DNA from: an uncultured bacterium
GTDB taxonomy: Bacteria > Omnitrophota > Omnitrophia > Omnitrophales > Aquincolibacteriaceae
Direction: 5' to 3'
NCBI GenBank assembly: GCA_964562525.1
Contig: CAZLTL010000004.1
Coordinates: forward strand, 6,171 to 70,170
DNA: 64,000 nucleotides
Shown: positions 19,222-28,322 of the stretch, piece after piece
Layout of the letters: each line of letters starts with the position of its first letter
Numbering within the stretch: the first letter of the stretch is position 1
Translations under genes and position numbers: made by a program
Notes under the pieces: model-generated
The model's database searches: none
Seen by the model: only the letters and a program-made list of their open reading frames with translations
Told to the model about the DNA's origin: nothing

Positions 19222-21282
19222 ATGAGCGAAGCCAATCTGTTCAAGCTTGCCTCCGACATGAAGCCTTGCGGTGATCAGCCGCAGGCGATCGAGAAGCTCC
19301 TCAAAGGTTTTAAGTCCGGCATGAAAGAGCAGGTTTTGCTTGGCGTCACCGGCTCCGGTAAAACCTTTACGATGGCGAATGTGATCGCTCAGCTGGGACG
19401 GCCCGCATTGGTGCTTTCGCATAATAAAACGCTCGCGGCTCAGCTTTACTCCGAAATGAAAGAGTTTTTCCCCGAGAACTCGGTGGAGTATTTCGTCTCC
19501 TATTACGATTATTACCAGCCCGAAGCCTATATTGCGCATTCCGATACTTACATCGAAAAAGACGCATCCATCAACGATAACCTCGACCGCCTACGTCTTG
19601 CAGCGACGAGCGCGGTTCTGTCGCGGCCGGATTGTATTATTGTTTCGAGCGTTTCTTGTATTTATGGTTTAGGCGCGCCGGAAGATTGGCAAAACATGTT
19701 AATCGCGATTGAATCCGGCGAAACCAAATCGATGGATGATTTCTTGATCGGGCTTATTCGCATTCAATATGAAAGATCAGTGGGCGAATTTAAACGCGGT
19801 TCATTCCGCGTGCGCGGCGGGAAAGTTGATATTTTTCCGGCCTATAGCGAACACCCATTGCGGGTGGAGTTTTCCGACACCCAGATCGAATCGATTTGGT
19901 CTCTGGACCCGATCAATTTTCAGCCGCAAAAGCAATTACCTAAGTTGGCGATTTATCCCGCCAAGCATTTCGTTACTTCCAATGATCGTGTCCAAACTGC
20001 GATGGCAGCTATTGAAGCGGAGCTGATTCAAAGATTGCGTGAGCTGAATTTACAGAACAAAGATTTAGAAGCCAAGCGGCTCGAATCCCGCACGCGCTAT
20101 GATTTAGAAATGCTGAAAGAGCTGGGATATTGCTCGGGCATTGAAAATTATTCGCGTCATCTCGCGGGACGCGAACCGGGCTCGACACCGGCAACCTTGG
20201 TGGATTATTTTCCGAAAGATTTTATTTTGATGATCGATGAATCGCATCAAACCATTCCGCAAATTCGCGGCATGTTTAACGGCGACTTTGCTCGCAAGAA
20301 AAACCTGGTGGAGTTTGGCTTTCGTTTGCCATCGGCTTTAGACAATCGCCCGCTTAAATTTGATGAGTTTGAAAGAAAAGTCGGACAAGTGCTTTATGTT
20401 TCGGCAACGCCCGGGCCTTATGAAATGGGCCGCAAAGATCAGGTTGTTGAACAGGTCATTCGCCCGACGGGATTAGTGGACCCGCTTGTGGAAGTTCGTA
20501 AAACCGACGGGCAAATTGATGATTTGATCGCGGAAATTAAAATCCGCGCCAAAAAACAAGAGCGCGTCATGGTGACCACTATCACCAAAAAAATGGCCGA
20601 AGATCTCAGCCGTTATTTAAGCGATTTAGGGATTAAGGTCAGCTATATTCATTCCGAGTTTGACGCATTTGAACGTGTTGAAATTTTACGCGACCTGCGG
20701 CTCAATAAATATGACTGCATTATCGGCGTGAATCTTTTGCGTGAAGGTTTGGACTTGCCCGAAGTATCACTAGTGGCAATTTTGGACGCGGACAAAGAAG
20801 GTTTTTTACGTAGCGATGTGTCACTAATTCAGATCGCAGGCCGCGCGGCGCGCCATCTTCACGGTCTTGTGATTATGTATGCTGACCGCGTTACGGATTC
20901 GATGAAGCGCGCGATGGGGGAAATGGACCGCCGCCGCAAAATTCAGCTTCAATACAACGCCGATAACAATATTAAGCCGACCACGATTATCAAAGAAATA
21001 CGCAACGGCATTGAAAAATGGAAAAAAGCCGAAGATTTAACGCATCAGGTTGTCGGAGAGTCAGATGAAGATTACCGCAGTAAAAGTTATTTATCTTCTT
21101 TGAAAGTAAAAATGGAGCAAGCCGCCGCGGCGCTTGAATTTGATAAAGCCGCTTATTACCGCGATAAAATCCGTGAATTCGAAAAAGACCAGGGAATCAC
21201 CGAAAGCACGCTCGGCAACTTTCAGCCTTCCGCGCCCATGGTACCTCAGCCGCGTAAAGGCAAAGGCCGTAAACGCTCTTAA
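19222..21282 (+). CDS. uvrB: excinuclease ABC subunit B
   Basis: Walker A GVTGSGKT, helicase motifs and a C-terminal UVR domain (AAYYRDKIREFE). 686 aa. Confidence 0.95.
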   Translation: MSEANLFKLASDMKPCGDQPQAIEKLLKGFKSGMKEQVLLGVTGSGKTFTMANVIAQLGRPALVLSHNKTLAAQLYSEMKEFFPENSVEYFVSYYDYYQPEAYIAHSDTYIEKDASINDNLDRLRLAATSAVLSRPDCIIVSSVSCIYGLGAPEDWQNMLIAIESGETKSMDDFLIGLIRIQYERSVGEFKRGSFRVRGGKVDIFPAYSEHPLRVEFSDTQIESIWSLDPINFQPQKQLPKLAIYPAKHFVTSNDRVQTAMAAIEAELIQRLRELNLQNKDLEAKRLESRTRYDLEMLKELGYCSGIENYSRHLAGREPGSTPATLVDYFPKDFILMIDESHQTIPQIRGMFNGDFARKKNLVEFGFRLPSALDNRPLKFDEFERKVGQVLYVSATPGPYEMGRKDQVVEQVIRPTGLVDPLVEVRKTDGQIDDLIAEIKIRAKKQERVMVTTITKKMAEDLSRYLSDLGIKVSYIHSEFDAFERVEILRDLRLNKYDCIIGVNLLREGLDLPEVSLVAILDADKEGFLRSDVSLIQIAGRAARHLHGLVIMYADRVTDSMKRAMGEMDRRRKIQLQYNADNNIKPTTIIKEIRNGIEKWKKAEDLTHQVVGESDEDYRSKSYLSSLKVKMEQAAAALEFDKAAYYRDKIREFEKDQGITESTLGNFQPSAPMVPQPRKGKGRKRS

Positions 21283-21331
21283 TTGGGCGTTTATCACCCT
21301 AAAATAAGCCTAAAATAACCCCGTCGGGGGA

Positions 21332-21359
21332 TTGATTTTAGTTTTTATTTTGGTATAAT
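21332..21359 (+). promoter_or_regulatory. candidate sigma-70 promoter for the tRNA (TTGATT-16-TATAAT)
   Basis: ttgatt at 21332-21337 and tataat at 21354-21359, ~80 nt upstream of the tRNA 5' end. Confidence 0.4.
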
Positions 21360-21438
21360 ACTCCTTATCTCACTTCGATCTCTCCTTTCTACCAACTTTT
21401 TTGGAACGAGAAAAATCGTCTTTATTTTATTGATTTGT

Positions 21439-21515
<77 letters not shown>

Positions 21516-21525
21516 TATAACGCTA

Positions 21526-21560
21526 AGAGCCACAGTCACTTAAGACTGTGGCTCTTTTGC
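21526..21560 (+). terminator. hairpin terminator after the tRNA (probably island-borne)
   Basis: AGAGCCACAGTC-acttaa-GACTGTGGCTCT followed by TTTTGCTTTG. Confidence 0.6.
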
Positions 21561-21582
21561 TTTGTAATCCATAAAATACCCC

Positions 21583-21604
21583 CTGTTAACACTTTTGTTA
21601 ACAG
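21583..21604. repeat. half-copy of the island GTTAACA-palindrome element (GTTAACACTTTTGTTAACAG)
   Basis: Shares GTTAACACTTTTG with the full repeats at 28323, 30077 and 30584. Sits 68 nt after the tRNA 3' end and 26 nt before the first island gene. Confidence 0.5.
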
Positions 21605-21629
21605 TTCATCCATTGAAGCGTGAACCTAT

Positions 21630-22460
21630 ATGACAGAATGTATTTCTCAAGCCCTTAAAGACCTTTTGCCGGAGCATCCGCACAAGCGATATGCCCCTAT
21701 AGAGGTTTGCATTTATTGCGGCAGCAAACAAAATTTAAGTGATGAGCATATTATCCCGTATGGTTTTGGCGGTAGATGGGTGCTTCCCAAAGCTAGCTGT
21801 TTTAATTGTGCAAAAAAAACGAGTCAATTTGAAATGGTTTGTCTTCGTACAATGTATGGGCCATTACGCCAGCTATACGATCTCCCTAGCAGAAAAGGGA
21901 AAGCAGATAAGTTACCTTTAAAAATTAAATATGTGCCATCTAATGAATGGCAAACAGTTTTGGTGGATCAGGTTGATTATCCTTTTTTAGTTGGTTTCCC
22001 TTATTTCTCATTGCCTAATCTGGTTTCAGGTGCGAAAGATGCGGAGAGAACTGGAGCAACAACCAAGCGCATATGGATACGGGGCGCTTCTGCATATGTA
22101 AATTTCGATGAGCATCTAAAAGCTTTAAGTCAGCGATTAAAAGCGTACGAGTTATTTCCAGAGTTTCATCTTCATGTTAAAGAATTTTGTCAGATGCTTG
22201 TTAAGACGGCTTATTCATATGCAGTGGCTGAGCTGGGTTATGGCGTATTTAAGCCTTTTCTGTTACCGCACATCGTCCAAGATGAGTTATCCAATTGTGC
22301 AGACTTTATCGGTAGCTTAGAAAAAGATGAGATTCCGGGGAAAGCACTTCACGAATTATTTATCTGCAATACTATGAGAGGCGATATCGCGGTAAGAGTG
22401 CGCTTTTTAGCAAAATTAGGCACGCCAACTTATTTTGTTGTTGTGGGATCAGTTAATTGA
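21630..22460 (+). CDS. HNH-nuclease-domain protein with a C-terminal domain of unknown function
   Basis: N-terminal CIYCGSK..SDEHIIPYGFGG..CFNCAKKT matches the C-x2-C / D-H-I-x-P / N / C-x2-C HNH pattern. The ~200 aa C-terminal region has no recognisable motif. Confidence 0.55.
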   Translation: MTECISQALKDLLPEHPHKRYAPIEVCIYCGSKQNLSDEHIIPYGFGGRWVLPKASCFNCAKKTSQFEMVCLRTMYGPLRQLYDLPSRKGKADKLPLKIKYVPSNEWQTVLVDQVDYPFLVGFPYFSLPNLVSGAKDAERTGATTKRIWIRGASAYVNFDEHLKALSQRLKAYELFPEFHLHVKEFCQMLVKTAYSYAVAELGYGVFKPFLLPHIVQDELSNCADFIGSLEKDEIPGKALHELFICNTMRGDIAVRVRFLAKLGTPTYFVVVGSVN

Positions 22461-22473
22461 GGAATTTGATTAA

Positions 22474-23214
22474 ATGATTTGTCGGTATTGCAATCAGGAA
22501 ACAAAGCTCATAAAGTCCCATATAGTTCCCGAGAAGTTTTATTTGCAGGCGTTAGACCGGACTCAAAAAAACGACAAGCTTATTATCATTGATAAGCGAA
22601 AAAAATATACACCTGCATCTCCAATCGGACTTTATGACCTTGGCATTTTATGCGCTTCATGTGACGGTAAGCTTGGTGTCTTTGACAACGCCGCACAGTT
22701 GTTATTTCTAAAAGACATTCAACGATACAAGTCCCCAGATAAAGATTTGTATGTTTTGCCCTTATCTGCTTTTGACTACCAAAAAATAAAATTATTCATT
22801 GTTTCAGTGCTGTGGAGAGCATCAATATCTACACTAGAAGCTTTTGAGGCTGTTCAGCTCGGCTATAAATACGAAAAAATAGCATTAGATATTATAAAAG
22901 ATCCATCAAAAGATGATGATGACACATTTGCTTTTTTTGTTTTGAAATTTAAGAATAAGCCCAACTTAAGAATGGATGGGATATTTGTGCCTCCAATGAG
23001 GAACAAAATCGATGGTATAAATAGCTATAGGTTTGTTTTTGCCGGGTATGTTTTTCATATTAAAGTTGATAGTCGCAAGTATCCTCCTCTATTTCATGGT
23101 CTTTGTTTGAGTTCAAAGAGAGACTTTTTAATAATCGAGACCAGCCCTGAGAATGAAAAATTCACATTGGAACATATGAACGGAATACGGATTGCTAGGC
23201 AAAATTTACAGTAA
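22474..23214 (+). CDS. HNH-nuclease-domain protein, paralog of the upstream gene
   Basis: CRYCNQ..KSHIVPEKF..CASCDGK HNH-like N-terminus. GAGGA RBS 10 nt upstream. AT-rich with an unknown C-terminal domain. Confidence 0.55.
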   Translation: MICRYCNQETKLIKSHIVPEKFYLQALDRTQKNDKLIIIDKRKKYTPASPIGLYDLGILCASCDGKLGVFDNAAQLLFLKDIQRYKSPDKDLYVLPLSAFDYQKIKLFIVSVLWRASISTLEAFEAVQLGYKYEKIALDIIKDPSKDDDDTFAFFVLKFKNKPNLRMDGIFVPPMRNKIDGINSYRFVFAGYVFHIKVDSRKYPPLFHGLCLSSKRDFLIIETSPENEKFTLEHMNGIRIARQNLQ

Positions 23215-23621
23215 ATTACAAACACACCTAAATAAAAGGTTCTGGATACCGTGGGGACAGGTCGATTTTCTTCATCTTTAAGGGACATGATCCCGAATGT
23301 GCGGGATATGTGTGGGGGGGGATGTAAAAAGTAAAATGCCTCTTGCTTGGAAACCGAACCGTTAGCCATTTTTTTGCGAAACTGAGTTTTAAGATAGCCT
23401 GTCTTTAGCAAACGCTGTAAAGCCTTATAGCAAAATAAGCTATAACCCATTTCAACAAGTTTTTTATGCCTTCCCGAAATAAAAATATTTTCTAGCGAAA
23501 AATAATTTTATTTAAAAAAGTTAAAAAACTCCTCTTTTCACCACATTAGTGTAGTGAGAGCCATCGTTAACTCTTATGTTTAAGAGAATGACGAGGGTTT
23601 TTAAAAGAAGAGGAAAAATAT

Positions 23622-23837
23622 ATGAAGAAAAAAGCACGCACTCCGCTCAAATCAATCCGCATTTACTGCACCACAGTCTGTTCCAGTCAGTTAAAAGAAG
23701 TTCGCTTGTGTTCTATGAGCGATTGTCCGCTTTATATCTATCGGTTTGGGCGAAATCCATCCAGATCAGGCATTGGTGGGACCTTAGATAAGATTACTCG
23801 AAAAAATGATGTTGAGTCGGGCAAAACTACAAAATAA
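23622..23837 (+). CDS. small Cys-rich (putative zinc-ribbon) protein; alternative frame 23576-23791 is equally possible
   Basis: 71 aa with C-x3-C ... C-x4-C spacing. AGAGGAAAAATAT RBS before the ATG. Confidence 0.3.
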   Translation: MKKKARTPLKSIRIYCTTVCSSQLKEVRLCSMSDCPLYIYRFGRNPSRSGIGGTLDKITRKNDVESGKTTK

Positions 23838-23847
23838 GGGCATTTCC

Positions 23848-24078
23848 ATGAATAAATCAGAATCATATTCGACCCAAAATTTATATGAGGCGGCCTTTTG
23901 TTTCTGCAAGGGTTTTAAACTTGCCGGTAAACGCCGGGAAGGTAGCAAGGTAACTGTTCTTTTTGAAGGTAAAAATGTGCGCGAAGAAGCCATTAAATTT
24001 TACAACGGTGGAAAAATCGAAGCCAAGGCGCTTACCGATGCGTACCGAACTCTCAAAGATTATATTTTCGAGAGATAA
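23848..24078 (+). CDS. small conserved mobile-element protein (DUF5659-like, recalled from memory)
   Basis: YSTQNLYEAAFCFCKGFKL..FYNG..DAYRTLKDYI pattern that I associate with a small phage/ICE-borne family. Start Met is uncertain. Confidence 0.4.
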   Translation: MNKSESYSTQNLYEAAFCFCKGFKLAGKRREGSKVTVLFEGKNVREEAIKFYNGGKIEAKALTDAYRTLKDYIFER

Positions 24079-24105
24079 GCTGCAAAAAAATGAGGAGAAA
24101 AAAGA

Positions 24106-24609
24106 ATGGCTCTTTTCAATTCAATCCACTCAAGCATGTGGGAAGATGACAAATTCCGTAAACTTGCAGATCTCAAATCTAGACTTTTATTTATCTATGC
24201 TTTTACCAATCATAGATGTTCAGTTTCTGGAATATACAAAATTTCCATCGAAACGATGAGTTTTGAGCTGGGGTTTTCCCCAGACTGTATAACGCAACTG
24301 CAAGAAGTCATTGATGTCGGTTTGGTTTCATACGACTTCAATAAAAATGTGATTTGGGTGCATGGAAAAATGAAGTTTGATAAGTCGTGGCGAGCAAAAA
24401 TGAGATTAAAATCGATTCAACGCAGCATAGATGAGTTTTCTAAATGTTCATTTATGAGCGATGTTTATTCTCGCTATCCCTTTTTAATTGAACTTGCACT
24501 TGAGTCAGACAAAAGAATGACAGAGCTCCGGGGAAGTCTGGCGCCAGAGGTAGAGTCAGCTTTAGAGGCAGAGGAAGCGAAAGAGGAAGAGATAAGAGGG
24601 TCTATATAG
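24106..24609 (+). CDS. hypothetical protein (island cargo; possibly a replication/regulatory winged-helix protein, speculative)
   Basis: 167 aa. GAGGAG RBS 11 nt upstream. Acidic C-terminal tail. Confidence 0.45.
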   Translation: MALFNSIHSSMWEDDKFRKLADLKSRLLFIYAFTNHRCSVSGIYKISIETMSFELGFSPDCITQLQEVIDVGLVSYDFNKNVIWVHGKMKFDKSWRAKMRLKSIQRSIDEFSKCSFMSDVYSRYPFLIELALESDKRMTELRGSLAPEVESALEAEEAKEEEIRGSI

Positions 24610-24612
24610 GGT

Positions 24613-24846
24613 ATGGATACCGTCTCCGTTGTTGGTAGTTATTTAAATATGCGCGAAGCTGGAAAATACATTGGCCAGAGTTATCGCTGGATGCAAAGAA
24701 ATTACATTGATTTGATCAAGAACGGAGTTCCTGTGTTTCGATTACCCAAAGACTCGCCTAAAGGCCGGTTAGTGTTTGAAAGGGCCGGTTTGGATCAATA
24801 CATGTTTCAATGTCGCATTGAAGGTAACTTTGAAACCTTTGGGTAA
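24613..24846 (+). CDS. excisionase/AlpA-like helix-turn-helix DNA-binding protein
   Basis: 77 aa. LNMREAGKYIGQSYRWM..GVPVFRLPK..GRLVFERAGLDQYM resembles the HTH_17/Xis family. Located directly upstream of the integrase. Confidence 0.55.
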   Translation: MDTVSVVGSYLNMREAGKYIGQSYRWMQRNYIDLIKNGVPVFRLPKDSPKGRLVFERAGLDQYMFQCRIEGNFETFG

Positions 24847-24903
24847 CCTACCCAAAGGTCTAATAAGAAACTCAGCAATACAAATGGGATTAAGAAAGAG
24901 AGG

Positions 24904-24924
24904 GTGTTAACAGTGTTTGTTAAC
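24904..24924. repeat. half-copy of the island GTTAACA-palindrome element (GTGTTAACAGTGTTTGTTAACG)
   Basis: Matches the first half of the full repeat TGTTAACAGTAGTTGTTAAC. Confidence 0.45.
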
Positions 24925-24938
24925 GAAAAGGAACAAAG

Positions 24939-25076
24939 TCAGCGTTTTTCAGCTTCTTTGGTGAGGATTAGCTGTACCAAGTTAGACAGGGAGCGACCTT
25001 CGCGCTTGGCACGGGCCTCCAGCTTCTTTTTAAGCTCGTCTGTAACCTTGAATGAGAGTGTTTGGTCTTTTTTCAT
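24939..25076 (-). CDS. ribbon-helix-helix (CopG/Arc-like) DNA-binding protein, 45 aa (not in the ORF track because it is under 60 aa)
   Basis: Translation MKKDQTLSFKVTDELKKKLEARAKREGRSLSNLVQLILTKEAEKR shows the classic RHH beta-strand plus two helices pattern. Divergent from the integrase gene. Confidence 0.55.
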   Translation of the reverse strand: MKKDQTLSFKVTDELKKKLEARAKREGRSLSNLVQLILTKEAEKR

Positions 25077-25154
25077 GTAAGTAAATGTAAGTAATTATAT
25101 GTTGCTTTCTCGGGATAATCCTCTAAAATAAAGTAAGTAAAAGTAAGTAATTAT
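25077..25154. repeat. two 22-bp direct repeats (GTAAGTAAaTGTAAGTAATTAT / GTAAGTAAaaGTAAGTAATTAT) in the int/RHH divergent promoter region
   Basis: 25077-25098 and 25133-25154 match at 21 of 22 positions. Each is itself a tandem GTAAGTAA unit. Confidence 0.6.
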
Positions 25155-25162
25155 GAGGATAT

Positions 25163-26197
25163 ATGGCTAGCATCTTTAAACGGAATAAAACCTGGTATGT
25201 GTCCTTCCTCGCAAGTGGAAAGCAGGTAGTTAAGAGCTTGAAAACTAGCGATGAGAAGCTCGCTAGGCATTTGAAGAAGGAATTTGAGGTGAAGTCCCGC
25301 CTTAAAGAACTTCGCACTGAAAAACGCATTTCAGTCGAGGAATATTGCAAGCAATACCTAGATGAAGTGACATATCGGAAGCAATCGACCAATGTTGCTG
25401 ATTATTCCCGGATTCGAGACTTTTTAGGAACGCATGGAAAGAAAACCATCAACAGCATTAACTACGATGACATCAGGGCTTATCTGAAACGCTATGAGTC
25501 TAAATCTCCCAAGACCTATAACGAGGTTATTCTGACCCTGAAACGATTTTTTAGACTGGCCGTCGAGCGAAGCTATATCCTGAAAAATCCGGTAGTAGGT
25601 TTTCGCCATAAAAAAGTTCCTCAAACATTGCCGCGCTTTCTGACAGACGAAGAATACGGCACTTTGGAGAAATTATCCATAGATGAGGGTATCTATCCAA
25701 TGGTGGTTGTGGCCAGGTACACGGGATTGAGGCTGGCAGAGCTCTTACATCTTGAATGGCAAGATTTTGATTGGGGACGGAAACTGGTTAGGGTGCTGAA
25801 CAAACCCAAATTCAATCATACGGTTAAAAATTATCATACGCGAGTTGTGCCGGTTTCTGATGAGTTGAGAGATAAGTTATTGCCCTATATCAAATCAGAA
25901 GGGCTTTGTTTTCCCGGCCCCGAAGGAAGTCCCTATTACCATGAGGGGCCTCGAAAACTCATCCGCCGAATTATTGATAAGTCAGGCTTGCGCGAAGGCC
26001 GACGCATGGGATGGCACGAATTTCGTCATACTTTTGCTTCACGATTAGCTCAGGAAGGTATTTCTCTCTATAAAATTTCTAAGTGGCTTGGACACTCCGA
26101 TTTTAAAACCACACAGATTTATGCTCATTTCGCTCCTATATACGATGATGATATAGAAAAGCTATCTATAAAGCCTATTTTCTCAAAAATCGCTTAA
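25163..26197 (+). CDS. site-specific tyrosine recombinase (phage-type integrase)
   Basis: N-terminal arm-binding-like domain (KRNKTWYVSF). Catalytic R..H-x-x-R..Y residues (LRLAEL, HEFRHTFAS, IYAH). GAGGAT RBS. Confidence 0.9.
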   Translation: MASIFKRNKTWYVSFLASGKQVVKSLKTSDEKLARHLKKEFEVKSRLKELRTEKRISVEEYCKQYLDEVTYRKQSTNVADYSRIRDFLGTHGKKTINSINYDDIRAYLKRYESKSPKTYNEVILTLKRFFRLAVERSYILKNPVVGFRHKKVPQTLPRFLTDEEYGTLEKLSIDEGIYPMVVVARYTGLRLAELLHLEWQDFDWGRKLVRVLNKPKFNHTVKNYHTRVVPVSDELRDKLLPYIKSEGLCFPGPEGSPYYHEGPRKLIRRIIDKSGLREGRRMGWHEFRHTFASRLAQEGISLYKISKWLGHSDFKTTQIYAHFAPIYDDDIEKLSIKPIFSKIA

Positions 26198-26322
26198 TAG
26201 CTCCTTGCGTTTTGTCGATGCTCTATAGGCAGTCTGTAAAAGGAGGCTTTTAAACCTATTTTGAATAGTGTAATATCTACATATCACCAATACACTTACA
26301 TCAAAAAAAGCACTATTTAGCA

Positions 26323-27039
26323 ATGACCAGCAGCATTAAAAATTCAAAGCTCGATAATTTTCAGTTAGTTGCTTTTTGTCCAGGAATACAAATAGCGGAT
26401 AAATTAAAAGCTGCGAGTGAAATAAATAATGCGGCGCGGGGTCTTTTTGATGGTGATCCCACGATTTTTCCAATCCCAGGCGAAGCGCCTCCCGAAGTTC
26501 CTCGCATTATATTAAAATCAAAAGATAATTTGCGTCTTTTTCAAGTTGCGGGCAATCGTATTGATTTTATTTATAAATTATCCGATGCAGAAAGAGAATC
26601 TGAAGTATTGAAGGTAGGCAAGGAACTATTTCAAATTTTCTCATCTATTTGTGCAGCCATATTGGAACAAAACGGAACAAAATTTACAAGAACAGCATTG
26701 GTTACTAATTGGGCAATTTTCTTAGAGGAAGAATCTCCTAATTATTTGGTAAAAACATATACAAAAGAACCGGCAATTTTTAATTCACCAGCAGCTTTTG
26801 AACTTCATAACCTTAATAAAAGTGCATTTTCCAAGTGTAAAGTAAACCAATGGTTAAGAATAAAATCGGCCCAAACTCCTCAGGGAACTCCGAATGTTTT
26901 AAATGTAATTGTAGATATAAATTCATTAGCGGAAGAAGCATATGAAGTTAATACAGATTTTTTAAGTTCTTTTCTCTCAGAGGCGATCAATGAGACTTCA
27001 AAGATTATCAAGTCTCATTTTGGAACGATTTTAAAATGA
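26323..27039 (+). CDS. hypothetical protein, cassette gene 1 of 3
   Basis: 238 aa with no recognisable motif. Stop overlaps the next start (ATGA). Confidence 0.45.
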   Translation: MTSSIKNSKLDNFQLVAFCPGIQIADKLKAASEINNAARGLFDGDPTIFPIPGEAPPEVPRIILKSKDNLRLFQVAGNRIDFIYKLSDAERESEVLKVGKELFQIFSSICAAILEQNGTKFTRTALVTNWAIFLEEESPNYLVKTYTKEPAIFNSPAAFELHNLNKSAFSKCKVNQWLRIKSAQTPQGTPNVLNVIVDINSLAEEAYEVNTDFLSSFLSEAINETSKIIKSHFGTILK

Positions 27040-27686
27040 GAACCATTCGCCTTTCTGAAAAGTCTATTTTTGGCAATTGTGCAGTTCAAACAGTGAATGC
27101 ACCTCAAAACTCTTCTTCTCCTGAGCCCAATCTTTTTTTGAAAAACTGTGTAAATGAGGATCTGTTTAAAATTCTTGTTCAAAGGGTTGATGGTTCGCAA
27201 AATTTTCAAATTGAAGATATATCCAATTTGCCCGTAGTTACTGTCCGCGAAGCTCCCTCATTAATATTTGGAGCTTATGTAATGCAGCTGGTAAACCATG
27301 TTTCTCGTCCTGAAAGTTTTCATATTGTCGCAAGTGGGGATTCGGTCATTGATATGTCGACAATTATCTGTGATTTTAAAAAATTGATACCCCAAGAGAA
27401 AGCAGATGAGCGGGAGCTTCTTTTTTTAGAGGCGGCAAAGCGATTTAAACAATTTCCTCAAGTCAAAGCGATTTATATTCAGGAGTGCCGTGAAGATTTG
27501 TTTATTTATGGTTTGTTGGATATTAAAGAATACGATGATGATCTGATGGATTCATTACTTGATGAAGAATATGAGATAAGGCAACAATTTAAAGATTTTA
27601 TACTTTCTTTCTTCTATCCCCCTATTGGAGACACCGACCGAAAAGATGTAGTACATCCTGCTTCACGTTGCATTTTTTCGAGGTAG
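27036..27686 (+). CDS. hypothetical protein, cassette gene 2 of 3
   Basis: 216 aa, acidic, no recognisable motif. Translationally coupled on both sides. Confidence 0.45.
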   Translation: MRTIRLSEKSIFGNCAVQTVNAPQNSSSPEPNLFLKNCVNEDLFKILVQRVDGSQNFQIEDISNLPVVTVREAPSLIFGAYVMQLVNHVSRPESFHIVASGDSVIDMSTIICDFKKLIPQEKADERELLFLEAAKRFKQFPQVKAIYIQECREDLFIYGLLDIKEYDDDLMDSLLDEEYEIRQQFKDFILSFFYPPIGDTDRKDVVHPASRCIFSR

Positions 27687-28321
27687 TTGTGGCAGATTAC
27701 TCTGTGCATTATGCCCAAGCTACTCACAACAGATTGACCGCGACCAAACTTGTTGATGAACCACCTCACCACGATTGGGGAATAACGGCCGCCTTTTACT
27801 CAGCCATCCATTATTTTGAATGCTGGCTGTTTGGCGAAACGGAAAAACACACCGAAACGAGTATTCCGGTAGACCCAAATAATAACAGATGGAAATTCTC
27901 ACCGCATGCGTGGCGAGAGAAATTAGTTGAGCAGAAAATGTCACGAAATGCGTTTAAAGCCTTCCGAAAGTTGAGGGAAAATAGTGAGACTTCAAGATAT
28001 TTGACATTTTCAATGGCCCCAATCTCGATGCCCGCGGCACAGTTTTTCAAACCAGAGGCAGCAAAAAAAATAGTCGCAGTAGAGCTTGAAACATTTCTCT
28101 CCGAACTTAGAATCCCATGGAGAAAATTTGTTTATTCTTTAGAGTTGGATCAGTCTATTGGCCCCTTGGCGCCATTTATTATCAGAAGCATGTTTGCTTC
28201 ATTTAGTGACCAAACACAATTTCTTCAAACATCCAAATCCGATTTAACCAAGATTTTTGGCGCACAAACGTCGGCGTTGATACGAGCAGTTGAAGCTAAA
28301 GGTTTTAGTTTCTCGGTCTAA
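27668..28321 (+). CDS. hypothetical protein, cassette gene 3 of 3
   Basis: 217 aa. Overlaps gene 2 by 19 nt. No recognisable motif. Confidence 0.45.
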   Translation: MHFFEVVVADYSVHYAQATHNRLTATKLVDEPPHHDWGITAAFYSAIHYFECWLFGETEKHTETSIPVDPNNNRWKFSPHAWREKLVEQKMSRNAFKAFRKLRENSETSRYLTFSMAPISMPAAQFFKPEAAKKIVAVELETFLSELRIPWRKFVYSLELDQSIGPLAPFIIRSMFASFSDQTQFLQTSKSDLTKIFGAQTSALIRAVEAKGFSFSV

Positions 28322-28322
28322 A

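Noticed and set aside
23230-23575. 350-bp ORF-free stretch in the island with a short inverted repeat (ATCCCG-aatgtg-CGGGAT); possible ncRNA
   Set aside because: No convincing conserved structure or promoter/terminator pair visible by eye. Would need RNA-seq.
24836-24858. 11-nt match ACCCAAAGGTC to the tRNA anticodon-stem region, possible third att copy
   Set aside because: Too short to exclude chance. It is part of a local 10-bp inverted repeat (CCTTTGGGTA-acc-TACCCAAAGG) spanning the xis stop, more likely a hairpin.
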